Made by a program: the position numbers and the translations under genes. Under the pieces are notes generated by a model. It searched no databases, was not told the DNA's origin, and was given only the letters and a program-made list of their open reading frames with translations. This document shows, in pieces, positions 22,169 to 32,559 of a stretch of 64,000 nucleotides of DNA. The DNA is from Perkinsela sp. CCAP 1560/9 (Eukaryota; Protista; Euglenozoa: Kinetoplastea). Numbering within the stretch: position 1 is the stretch's first letter; every line of letters starts with the position of its first letter. Location of the stretch: positions 806,001-870,000 of the forward strand of contig CBFFSA010000005.1 of assembly GCA_965644495.1 (NCBI GenBank), in the 5' to 3' direction.

Positions 22169-23186
22169 GCGCAGTACACCCAGTGATCTACGTAGGCTTG
22201 TTATAGAAAAACTAAAGAACGGATTATCAATTCGGAAGGTATCGTCAGATCTACAATTGAGCGTAGGAAATGTAAGTAACATTAAGAAAAAGTACCTACC
22301 CAACTTAGTTAACAAACCGAAAACAGGTCGCCCTCGCAAGCTTACACAGACATGCTCCAATCGCGTCCGCCGCCTCATCACCAGCGGTGCAACTAAGGAT
22401 GCAGTCGCGACCAGTAAAAGGTTGAGATATGAGGGGGTTGCAGATGTTTCACCCCAAACCATTCGGGTTTCCCTTCGGAAGCGTGGTTTGAAGGGGAAGA
22501 AGAAATTACGGAAACCCCACCTTACGAAGCGTCACAAAGCTCTACGTCTTGCCTTTGCAAAGAAGTATGAGCATTGGACGAACGCCGACTGGAGCCGTGT
22601 GCTTTTCACTGATGAAAGTAAGATCTGCCGTTTCGAGTCGAATGGCAGCCGGTGGGCGTGGGTGAGCTTTGGGGAAGCACTTTCAGAGCGAAATACACAC
22701 AGCACCGTGAAGTACGGTGGGGGATCCATCATGGTATGGGGGTGTATGATGGCTCACGGCGTGGACTCCATTGCTCTGGTTCATGGCAACATGAATGCTG
22801 AACAGTACGTTCAAATACTTCAACAGAATTTGTCTCCCTCCCTCCACAAGTTGGAAGTCATGAAGGACCGGATCATCTTCCAACAAGATAATGATCCAAA
22901 GCACACGAGTAAGAAGGCACGGGAATTCCTTCGTTTACAAGAATTGTGTGTCCTAGACTGGCCCCCGCAGTCTCCCGATTTAAATCCCATAGAGCACCTA
23001 TGGGGCGAGCTCAAAAAGTCGACTGCGGATCATCCAGATCCTCCCGTAGGAATGTTGGAACTTTGGGAACGCGCCCAAAAAGCGTGGGCAGGCCTTCCTC
23101 CGAGTGCATGTCTTCCTCTTGTCCGCAGCATGCCCCGTCGTTTAAGGGCAGTAATTAGGGCGAAGGGGGGACTTACGAAGTATTAA
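22167..23186 (+). CDS. Tc1-family DD34E transposase, intact ORF
   Basis: N-terminal HTH region, GRPRK, FTDESK, FQQDND, SPDLNPIE; 34 residues counted between the second D and the E. Confidence 0.95.
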   Translation: MRSTPSDLRRLVIEKLKNGLSIRKVSSDLQLSVGNVSNIKKKYLPNLVNKPKTGRPRKLTQTCSNRVRRLITSGATKDAVATSKRLRYEGVADVSPQTIRVSLRKRGLKGKKKLRKPHLTKRHKALRLAFAKKYEHWTNADWSRVLFTDESKICRFESNGSRWAWVSFGEALSERNTHSTVKYGGGSIMVWGCMMAHGVDSIALVHGNMNAEQYVQILQQNLSPSLHKLEVMKDRIIFQQDNDPKHTSKKAREFLRLQELCVLDWPPQSPDLNPIEHLWGELKKSTADHPDPPVGMLELWERAQKAWAGLPPSACLPLVRSMPRRLRAVIRAKGGLTKY

Positions 23187-23469
23187 GTTTTGTTCATTTT
23201 GGTTTGGTAAAGGTGAAGTAAGGCAAAGTTTTGGTCAAAAAAAAATAATCTCAAAAAAGTGAAAAAAGTGTTCAAGTGTTGGGCTCGCATTATATCTTTC
23301 ATAGTTTTTTATTGTAAGATCGTTGATGAAGCCTAAGTACGTGGGAATGTAAGCACTACTCCAGCCTACACTACTGTAATATACTACTGCATTATCCTCT
23401 GCATCTCTTTTGTAAAATATAAAAGCATTAAAATTTGTGAAAACATTTGAACACTTTTGTTAGTTACTG
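22167..23469 (+). mobile_element. Tc1 element, right end intact, left end missing
   Basis: Ends CACTTTTGTTAGTTACTG|TA; the upstream sequence is replaced by a family A copy. Confidence 0.85.
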
Positions 23470-23580
23470 TATTATATTCGACAGTGTACAGTAAGAATAT
23501 GCACTCACCAAAGTAGTATCTCATAATACGTACTAAAATACTAGTTAGACTATGAGAACCGCTTCGTTGTTTTGAACATA

Positions 23581-24162
23581 CAGGGGTGCGAATCTAAAGG
23601 CGGGGGGGGTCTAAAATTCATAAAAGTTGTCCAATTTTGGAAAATAATAGCGCATTGGATAGCTCTCACAGAGTTGTATGTTTTAGGATAGGTAGCTTCC
23701 GGGGTTTGGGGGATACCCCCCTTTCATGTAAGGGTCAAAAACACATATTGCAAAACTTTAGTGGTGTCAATAATTTCTGTAATTTGGATTGCAAAAGACA
23801 GTTAGTAACCACAGTGACCCCCGTTCCGACTAACAATTTCACAACGCTTCCTGAAACTCTTCAACGTTTTCTGAACCGTTGCAGTGTGGGTCTGTTTCAA
23901 GGAAAGACCCCTCAATAGCGGCTTCCAGTTGCTGTCAATTTCGGGTTCGAAGAAGATTTTTGTCTGTGTCCATCACAGACCACAAATTTTCGATCGGATT
24001 CAGGTCTGGAGATTTTGCAGGCCAGGGAAGAACGGAAATTCCTGTATCACGGAACGTGGCACGCGCCTTGTTGTGGGCCGGGCAGTTGTCCATGGCAATC
24101 GTGGCCGCTGGATGTCGCTTTAGATATTGAAGAAAGCCCCCACCTTTAGACCCGCACCCCTG
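23581..24162 (-). mobile_element. Non-autonomous Tc1/mariner element with transposase remnant
   Basis: TA|CAGGGGTGCGAATCTAAAGG ... CCTTTAGACCCGCACCCCTG|TA; remnant MDNCPAH...WPAKSPDLNPIENLW. Confidence 0.85.
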
Positions 24163-24164
24163 TA

Positions 24165-24904
24165 CAGGGGTGTCAACTTCCATCTAGGGGGGATCTAAAA
24201 ATTGTAAAACTTGGACAATTTTAGACAATAATAGCGCATTGGAGAGCTCTCGTAGAGTTGTATGTCTTTGGCGTATTCGGAACGTTCGACTTTAAAGATT
24301 TAATTCGATGAGAAGAAAAATATTGTTTTTTCCACGTGAAAATATGGCAATTTTTCATTTTTTACTCATTTTATCCCACGAAAACGAGTTTGCTCAAGGA
24401 TACCCCTGGTGTTTTGATCGCGCGTTCCGATGCTTTTCCAGGGAAGATTAAAGAATGTCACAGAATGCTTCTTGTCGCAGACTTCGAGAAAACACAGACT
24501 TATTCGCGGACTTGCCCAAATTTTTGTCCCCGAGGTAACTTGAAACACTGGATGGAAGGTTTCATGTTTTTAATGATAAGCGTCACACAAAAGACAAAGT
24601 TAAGTTTGAGAATACGTTGAAAAACTTTAAAAAACGTTGTAGAATCGACGTTGTGGATGCTACATGGGCTTGAGAACAACGGGTGTTAAAAAACTGAGAT
24701 TTTTTCGTCATTTCTTTAAGTGACAATTCGCATTTTTGGTCTATTCGGCATTTGATATGATAAAAGCTACCAGTGCAAAGACATACAAGTCTGCGAGAGC
24801 TCTCGAATGCGGTATTATTTTCCAAAAATTGAAAAAGTTTTACAAATTTTAGACCCCCCCTAGTCTAGGCTTCCAGCTAGGCTAGATGGAAGTTGACACC
24901 CCTG
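24165..24904. mobile_element. CAGGGG-type TA-MITE (~740 bp)
   Basis: TA|CAGGGGTGTCAACTTCCATCTAG ... CTAGATGGAAGTTGACACCCCTG|TA; relative of 44438-45191 and 56047-56801. Confidence 0.88.
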
Positions 24905-25025
24905 TAAGTTGCATTGAAGGAGCTATTCTATACTATGTAGTATGACCTATACTAAGCTCGGACAACACATTTCCGTCGCCAAGCTCACTCTTCGGTAAGT
25001 CTCCAGTTACGCGGCATACTTCTGA

Positions 25026-25841
25026 CTATTTTAGAACTATATCTGTGCCCTGAAAAAGAAGAAGCTCCATACTCTCGTTAATGGATTGATCAATTTCACC
25101 ATAAAGCTCAGTGTTCCCATCCACGCGAAGCGTTTTCAACGTTACAGGTAATTTGTCAAACTGCACGAGACCACTGAAGCAGTTGCGTTGACAATATATC
25201 TTTTCAAGAGCTGGAGGTAAATGCTGCAGTCTTAGCAACCCCGTGAATTTGTTATTTGCTATATTAAGTTGAATGAGTTTGAACGGCAGGTTCGTCGTAT
25301 CAATATCCCCGGAAAGAAGATTGCCCCCAATATTTAAAATTTCTAAGTTCTCTGGAAGATCGGCTAAATCCACGCTTCCCTCGAACCTGTTCGAATTCAA
25401 TTCCAATAGACGTAATGCGTGGGGCAAATGGCCGAAGTCTAGCCCACCAGAATGCTCGTTCCATCCAAGATCCAATTCCATAAGCAGTGGCGGCAGTACG
25501 TCGATTGGCAATGTTCCTGTAAGCTTCCACATGCTAAACCTTTGGAGAGTTTCCGGAAGCCATTGCCATTGTAGTGATCCGTGGTATTTCGTGTACCGTG
25601 TATCGATTTTTTTGATGTGCTTTCCATCATCACAAGTCACACTTTGCCATTCACACGCAGGAGTCAATGTGCTCCAGGAGGTGTGGGGATTTTTGATATC
25701 TGCCATAAGCTTTGCAAGCTGATATTCCTGTGGAAGATTTGCCCCTCGTACTTTACCAGCAGACCTGTGTTGAACATCTGCGCTTCGAACTACGGAACGA
25801 AGCACGACGGTACATTCCAAGCCTGTGAATGTTCCGTACAT
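25026..25841 (-). CDS. Leucine-rich repeat protein, recent paralog of 4371-5186
   Basis: Same length (271 aa), colinear and highly similar by eye. Confidence 0.9.
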   Translation of the reverse strand: MYGTFTGLECTVVLRSVVRSADVQHRSAGKVRGANLPQEYQLAKLMADIKNPHTSWSTLTPACEWQSVTCDDGKHIKKIDTRYTKYHGSLQWQWLPETLQRFSMWKLTGTLPIDVLPPLLMELDLGWNEHSGGLDFGHLPHALRLLELNSNRFEGSVDLADLPENLEILNIGGNLLSGDIDTTNLPFKLIQLNIANNKFTGLLRLQHLPPALEKIYCQRNCFSGLVQFDKLPVTLKTLRVDGNTELYGEIDQSINESMELLLFQGTDIVLK

Positions 25842-26091
25842 TATGAAATGAAAACTGTCTTCGACCTAGAACTCTCAGAAGGTATAAAATGAAAAATAAA
25901 AAGAAGATCGTACATTCTTGAATCACAAGTTTGCGTAATACAACAAGTCCCGATATCCCAATAAATTGGAGAGTGGTTTAAAATGAAAAAGTTGAAAACT
26001 CCGATCACATCTCTTTCACTGGATTGGAAAGACAGCGAAAGCTGTTGTTTTAACATATCTCCCTAGCCGTTCAGAATGCAAGCATCCTTCT

Positions 26092-26850
26092 CTAATCAAT
26101 TTTGTTTATACGCGAGGATACGATATTTATCTTTCCATTCCATATATGACATTTTAACACTCCTCCCAAGTTTTTGTTGTACGAAACATCAAGCGTTCGA
26201 AGCCCTGGCTTGAGATAATCAAGATCAACGTCACCACTGAATTCATTGTTGCACAGACGCAATATCTCTAGAGAAGACGGGAGCTCCGTGAGGTTGGGAT
26301 TCCCATTCAACTGATTCCAACTCAGGTCGAGCTCCCTCAAGGCGGGCGGTAGCTTTGTTAGGTCGACGTTTCCCGTAAATTTATTACGGTCCAGCAACAG
26401 TTCCGTGAGACTCTCCGGCAGCGACGTCAAGTCCAACGTGCCCTGAAATTCGTTATGCCGGAGTGCTAATTTCTGCAAGTTCCTGGGCAACGAGAGGAGG
26501 TGTGCCTCCCCGGTAAAGCGATTGTCTCTGACATCGAACCTTATCACGGACACGGGGAGGTGGGAGAGGTACAGGGGACCATGGAACACCATTTTCTTCC
26601 ACGCCACGGAGCTCACACTCCAGTCAATGTCCATGACGCCCCCGGAGAAACCCTCGCAGGTGACGCCGTACCAAGCCCAGGCGGGAGTCACGTTACTCCA
26701 GGAGGGGTGGGGGTCCTTCACGTCGCGTATAATGCGTGCGAGTTCGTATTCCTGTGGCATCGCGGGTCCCCGAACCTTCGCGGGGCGTCGTAGGGGTTGA
26801 GCGGGTGATGGATCCACAGCCAAGAGAGTGGAAGCCAAGCGGGGCGGCAT
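26092..26850 (-). CDS. Leucine-rich repeat protein
   Basis: KVRGPAMPQEYEL N-terminal motif, WYGVTC cap, LRR units. Confidence 0.9.
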   Translation of the reverse strand: MPPRLASTLLAVDPSPAQPLRRPAKVRGPAMPQEYELARIIRDVKDPHPSWSNVTPAWAWYGVTCEGFSGGVMDIDWSVSSVAWKKMVFHGPLYLSHLPVSVIRFDVRDNRFTGEAHLLSLPRNLQKLALRHNEFQGTLDLTSLPESLTELLLDRNKFTGNVDLTKLPPALRELDLSWNQLNGNPNLTELPSSLEILRLCNNEFSGDVDLDYLKPGLRTLDVSYNKNLGGVLKCHIWNGKINIVSSRINKID

Positions 26851-27426
26851 AAGTCGAGAAAAAAAGATTTGAAGACATGAAAAAATAGAGTTTTCAAAGC
26901 CATGCGCTCAAAAATCACCGGCGAAAACTACTTTAAAGTCACCAAACATTATCTTAATTTTGTATAGAAATTCATAGATTTTGAATTGATAGAACCCTCT
27001 TTTTTGCCTCTACACAGGAATAGTATCGTCGACCCCCGGTAAGAAAATCGATTTGGGACCAAAGTGACCGAACCTCTCTTACTCCCTCACGTAGCCTCCT
27101 GCGTACCCTCGCCCAGCCACCCCTCCCCGCTCAACCATCTCCCCTCGCCCAGCGACCCTCACCCCTCAAGTCATCCCCACCCGCTCTGCCTTCCCAGCCA
27201 TCCACCCTCCCAAGCCAAATCTCTTATAAATCTAAAAATCGGTGAAGCACCTTTACCTGAGAATTAGGAGCTCATCGGACAAAAAAATCGGTTTGATCCG
27301 AGGTTAGATGGTTCTACGGGAAGGTAAAGCCCTTGGTTGCCTGATAATGTCAATGAAAAAGATCGCTCCCCATTTTGAATTCGGGTAAGAGCAGAAGAAT
27401 CAAAAGTATGGGCCTCGATTTTGTTT

Positions 27427-28371
27427 CTACTTCAGAACAACCGGTACGTCGCCTACCTTCTTTTCCGTTTCTAGCACTGTCCGTTGCATTTCCTCAAAGC
27501 ATTTCATTGTAATAGACCTCAAGGAATCGGCGGTCTCCTTTAGCACAAGACCGGAAGAGGTGCTGAGTGTGGTGTCTGAAACCGTGTTCGTCGTACTCAG
27601 TTGCAGTGTTCCTTGGTCCCCTGCGGAAGCTAACCCTGCATCGATAGGAATCGAGCCCAGATAGGGGATGCCACAGATACTCGCCAGTTGCCTTCCTCCA
27701 TTTTCCCCGAACACCGGGGTACAGTGCATGCAGTGCGGGCAGCGGTACCCACTCATATTCTCCACCACCCCGAGCACCTTCACCTCCAACTTCTCACAAA
27801 AGCACAACGTTTTCCTCACATCATCGATCGCTACGAGCTGCGGGGTGGAAACGACCACCGCCTGCACGCTCGGATGTCCCGCCGCACGTAATATTTCACA
27901 AAGCGTAATGTGTTCATCACTGGTGCCCGGCGGGGTGTCGACCACCAGCACATCCAGGTCCCCCCAGCGCACGTTAGCGAGAAATTGCCGAATCATCCCA
28001 TCCTTACGCGGTCCTCTCCACACCACCGCATCTCTCCCGCTGGCCAGCAGGAACCCTAAGGACACGACACGCACCACAGGAGTGGTGGTGCTTGACGGAT
28101 CAACGGTGTGGGGCGTAGGCAGGGCTATTTCATGGGGCATCCACTCGCCGTTGACTTCTCGGATCTCGCCTCGCTCTGAGAGCCCCATGAGTGTAGGAAT
28201 ACTTGGACCACACAAGTCAATGTCACATAAACCTACACGAAGCTGATAGGTGGTGGCAAGAGAGAGGGAGAGGCGACAGGCCAACGTGGATTTACCAACG
28301 CCCCCCTTCCCGCTGAGTATAAGGAGTACGTGACGGATCCGTCGCAACCGATTGCCTATCGCACTGTCCAT
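27427..28371 (-). CDS. CFD1: Cytosolic Fe-S cluster assembly factor CFD1/NUBP2 (Mrp/Nbp35 P-loop NTPase)
   Basis: SGKGGVGKST, DIDLCGPSIP, VVWRGPRK, DTPPGTSDEH, VENMSGYRCPHC; lacks the N-terminal Cys cluster of Nbp35; first ATG at 28371. Confidence 0.9.
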   Translation of the reverse strand: MDSAIGNRLRRIRHVLLILSGKGGVGKSTLACRLSLSLATTYQLRVGLCDIDLCGPSIPTLMGLSERGEIREVNGEWMPHEIALPTPHTVDPSSTTTPVVRVVSLGFLLASGRDAVVWRGPRKDGMIRQFLANVRWGDLDVLVVDTPPGTSDEHITLCEILRAAGHPSVQAVVVSTPQLVAIDDVRKTLCFCEKLEVKVLGVVENMSGYRCPHCMHCTPVFGENGGRQLASICGIPYLGSIPIDAGLASAGDQGTLQLSTTNTVSDTTLSTSSGLVLKETADSLRSITMKCFEEMQRTVLETEKKVGDVPVVLK

Positions 28372-29059
28372 TTCAGAGTGCTTAAGAATATCAATGTACA
28401 ACTAACGTCATGCTACTAAGAGACAGTGTAGCGTTTCCTCTCATTATTTTCATTTTTAATTTGCAGAGTATATTTGCAGATACACAAAGGTTACGAAAAC
28501 GGTAAAATAGTACTCAAATTTACTTACTGTGACCCCCCCTTTGTAGCAGTAACGAAGTATAAAGGGGGGGGGTCTGATTTTTTCTCCGCTGTAAAAAAAA
28601 CGTTCCCTTATTTTAAATAGGGGAACGCCTTGAATGCGCGGGATATCTCTTCAATATTTTTCGGAGCGGTACTTGCGGGACATACAGTGTACTTGCGCAG
28701 TACTTGCGGGACAGTATGTTGGCGGTGACGGGCACGTTTTTGTAATTACAGCGCAGTCATGTCTCCACATCCACAATGGTAGATACTGCGTCTTCTGGTG
28801 CTTGATACACGAGACAACGCCTAAGAGCCAACACCGAAACGGTTTTTTTCACATTCCGTACAGTAAAGCTGCGGAAGAGAATCTTGCCCAGACATACACC
28901 CCTGTCCAGCTTCTGTGATAGAAAAGAAAGGTTATCATATTGGATATTGAATACGTATCTAGCGTCATTTTTGCGTTATCTAAGCACGATTTATACTTTT
29001 AAAAACATAAAAAAATTCCCAAAAATAAGAAAAAGCGTCTCTCTGCTTATAAGGACCCC

Positions 29060-29825
29060 GAGGGAATGATTGAGCTTTGGGGACGGGCCACAGTTGTGTG
29101 GGACGCACTTCCCAGTGCCCTATGCGCGTCCACAGCGAGCAACATAGCTCGCCGTATGAGAGCGGTGATTGCTGCGAGAGGGGGACATACAAAGTATTAG
29201 TTTTACCTTGTTTTTACCGTTTATTAATCAAGAAATAATCCATCTTTTTATCAAAAAATCTTTACTCAAAAAAAGTGTAGAAAATGTCTCAATAATATTT
29301 TTCACTCAAAGGTGTTACAGGTCCTCGTAGAAGCTGCTGCATAGGTAACGGCCCTCATCATGGAGGGCCTCATGGTTAGTGTGATGGTACATACCCCTAC
29401 ATAACCCCCATGTACTATGACAACTATTCGTCTTTCATTTCAAAAATACCGTATACCCCCCCCCCCCAGTAATAGACCCCCCCAGTAACAGAGATTTGGC
29501 CATTTTTGGGCTGACCCCCAGTAACAGAGATTTAGCTCGAGAGGGTGGTTGGAGGGGGAGGGGGTGTTTGAGCGGGTGGGGGTCGCTGGGCTGGGTGAGG
29601 GCGGTTGCGCGTGAGCGAATGGCGTAGTTGCGGGGTTGTCTGGGCAGAAAATCAATGCACCCATGAACAAAAAAGGTCTTTTCCCACCAAAAAAGCGTAC
29701 ACCCCCCCAGTAACAGAGATTTGGCCATTTGGGTCCAAAATCGATTCTATTACTGGGGGGGGGTATACGGTAGTCACTCAACAAAATATTTTTTCATAAC
29801 ATTGAGACATTTTTCAACGTCACTG
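29060..29825 (+). pseudogene. Relic of a second Tc1 family (C-terminus and right end)
   Basis: ELWGRA...RRMRAVIAARGGHTKY* at ~29070-29200; ends ...CAACGTCACTG|TA. Confidence 0.6.
29449..29770. mobile_element. CCGTA-type TA-MITE
   Basis: TA|CCGTATACCCCC...GGGGGTATACGG|TA. Confidence 0.82.
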
Positions 29826-30302
29826 TACTTAGAACGGTGTTCCGTGTTCCATGGAACCACAACGTATGTATTTAATGTGTCTCTTAATTAATGTTTCCAC
29901 GGTAAATCCAAAAAGTTTATAATTAATAAGAGGGCTGAAACCAGTAAAATGCAAACCCAGGCAAACCTAGGCAAACCCAGTCAGGTCCCAAGAGAAACCA
30001 ATGGGAATTTCGCGTTGAAAACTACCTTCGCGTTTAACGAAAGGCCTAAAAAAGAAAAACCGCAAAAAGATCATGAATAATATTTTTTTTTGGGTGAATC
30101 TAAGAAAAATATGTTAATGTACGAAAAGAGCATTAAAGAATATACTGTGCTTTTCGCCAAGGAAGAAACTGAGTTGCCTAATACAATATTAAAAATTAGG
30201 AAACCCAGGCAAACCCAGGTGGTTTCAGCCCTCTAAAGGGGGGTTCGTCTATTATTAACATTTTTTTTAATAATGGACGGTTCGTTAATAATAGATGAAA
30301 TA

Positions 30303-30866
30303 ATTGCGGTGGTTGTAAAACTACCGCTCTACACTCGATTATTGAAAAAAAAGTGAACAAAAACAGTGAAAATATAAGGAGGAACACAGTAATATAATAG
30401 AAGAAAAAAATATAAAAGGGGGCTCCGGTGGACCAAAACTGAAAAAAAAAATTGAAAAAAATGGGGGGTCCAGGGGGGGGTCCAGGGGGGGGGGGTCATG
30501 GTCGAGCAAATTTTTTAGAAAAAATTAGTTTTCGAAAAAAAACCGCAGAAAGGGTAGCCGGGGTCTTGGCGCGCATTTTCCACCCCCTTACCCGGGGGTG
30601 ACCCCCCCGCGTATCCGCAGGACGGGTCCGCCAAGTTCGGATTTTTTCGGAAAATTTTTTTTGAAAAAAATTTCAACTTGGCGAAAAAAATGACAAAAAC
30701 AATATTTTTTCAAAATCGTTCCCCCTATTGTATTTTGATAGTTTGGGACTTACACTAGCTTTCTACGCAGTTGTTTTCGCAAGGTATCACTTCTTCGAAC
30801 TGTCGTGCGCCCCCCAAAATGACCCATTTTTGGCTAAAAAAGGTGAAAAAGTATTTTTCGGACCTA
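30303..30866 (-). mobile_element. Family A copy, 5'-truncated
   Basis: Begins ATTGCGGTGGTTGTAAAACTACCGC; homology stops at TTTTCGGACCTA. Confidence 0.8.
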
Positions 30867-31299
30867 TACCCCCTTTTTCAATAATAGATGAACTTTTCAT
30901 CTATTATTAAAAATCGACCTTTTAGGCTTGTTTTCTACCCTTATCCCCACGAATTACCACAAGTTTACGAAAAAAATCCCCATGAAAGTTAGTTTTAGCG
31001 AATTTTCCCTTAGGGAAGCTGCGAAAAATGAAGGAAATTAATTCTTGTTAATTGCGGTGGTTGTAAACCCTGTTCCGGGTTATTGTGCCAATAGCTACTT
31101 ATTGTGCAGGGGGGGCAGTGTCTTGTGGGCTTAAAAATAGTAAACCTCAAACTTTTTGTGGAACTAAATTTTTTACTATCGTGCCACAAAAACATAAATT
31201 AACGTAACTTTAATTAACGTAGCATTAATTAACGTAAACATTTTTTTCTCGTCAGACATTACGTTAATTAATGTTATTCTTAATTAAAGTTTCACCGGT

Positions 31300-31892
31300 A
31301 AAAGGGGGCTCCGGTGGTCCAAAATCGTAAAAAAAATTGAAAAAAATGGGGGGTCCAGGGGGGGGTCTAGGGGGGCATACCGCACGAAATGTTTTTTGAA
31401 AAAAAATATTCTTCGAAAAAAACCCGCAGAAGCGGTAGCCGGGGTCTTGGCGCGCATTTTCCACCCCCCTACCCGGGGGTGACCCCCCCGCGTATCCGCA
31501 GGACAAAATGGCCCATTTTTGACCAAAAAGTGCGAAAAAGTAATTTTCGGACCTAAAGGGGTCTTTTTATGTCAAAAGAATGGTGTGGTTGGAGTCGCAT
31601 TCTCCGCCCAATACGTTCAGTCAGGGCTTTCATTCACGCGTACGAGTGATTTCTCACACGCAAATATCAGATTTAGTGCTCTGAGAGCAAAAATACGCAA
31701 AAATCACCCCATTTGTACCCTAAAATCGGCTAATTTTGGCTATAATCTTTCCGTTTTCTTCAGCTCTCCAGGCCGAATTTTCTTTTTTAGGCTCTTCGTT
31801 AAACGTGGTGGTAGTTTCAACGCGAAGCGCGCAGCATGAGTGACTTCTAAGTTGAAAACAACCACCGCGTTTAACGAAGAGCCTAAAAAAGA
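31300..31892 (-). mobile_element. Family A copy, 3'-truncated with internal deletion
   Basis: Retains the palindrome at 31780-31892. Confidence 0.75.
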
Positions 31893-32150
31893 ATTATTGA
31901 TGCTTGTAGGGTAAAACTAACTTGCTAGTAATAACGACTGGGCACCGTCGGCCCCCACCCAGTCGCGAGTAATAGATGAATGTTAATAATACATGTAGAT
32001 GAAATAATACCATTGTTAATAATAAACCGTGTTCCAGGTTATTGTGCCCCCCCTGCACGATAACTGGCTCTAAGACTGGCTCTAACCCGGAACGGGGTTT
32101 AGATGGTTGTTAATAGACGAACCCCCCTTTATATGTATTTATAATTAGTT

Positions 32151-32559
32151 ATTGCGGGGGGTTGTTTACAACCTCTGCCTCTCCCTTCTTTATGGTGTCC
32201 GGGGTAGGGTGGATCCAGCAGGGTGAGAAAAGGGGGTCCAGCCCCCCTGCTATCCTCGATTTGGGCACAAATCACGGTGCTTAAAAACGTAGGTCCCGGG
32301 ACTCGAACCCAGGTAGTCCAGTGGGTACGACCTGCCGTTCATAATCTGGTGGTCGCAGGTTCGACTCCCGGCGTTTATATTTTCAGCCATACGCGTCGTC
32401 GTTAGTGGGAAGCAATTTGCGAAGCAGAAGGGGGGGTATGGCGAGGGCCCATGTGAGCGGGCCTGAGCCATACGCGTCGTCGTTAGTGGGAAGCAATTTG
32501 CGAAGCCCGCTTATCAACAACCACCGCTTTTTAACGAAGGAGCTAGCACACCGACATTA
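32151..32559 (-). mobile_element. Family B repeat (family A-like termini, internal tRNA-like module)
   Basis: Near-identical to 42413-42814; terminus GGTTGT-AA-ACAACC-CCCGCAAT on the minus strand. Confidence 0.75.
32298..32385 (+). ncRNA. tRNA-derived (Met-CAT-like) Pol III module; not a functional tRNA
   Basis: A-box TAGTCCAGTGG, loop TTCATAA, B-box GGTTCGACTCC, then TTTT; acceptor and anticodon stems do not pair properly. Confidence 0.55.

Larger units (their letters stand above)
30238..32126. mobile_element. TIR element (GGGGGTTCGTCTATTA termini) hosting nested insertions
   Basis: Inverted termini GGGGGTTCGTCTATTA / TAATAGACGAACCCCC; internal AATAGATG repeats; second copy at 47020-49375. 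Confidence 0.65.
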
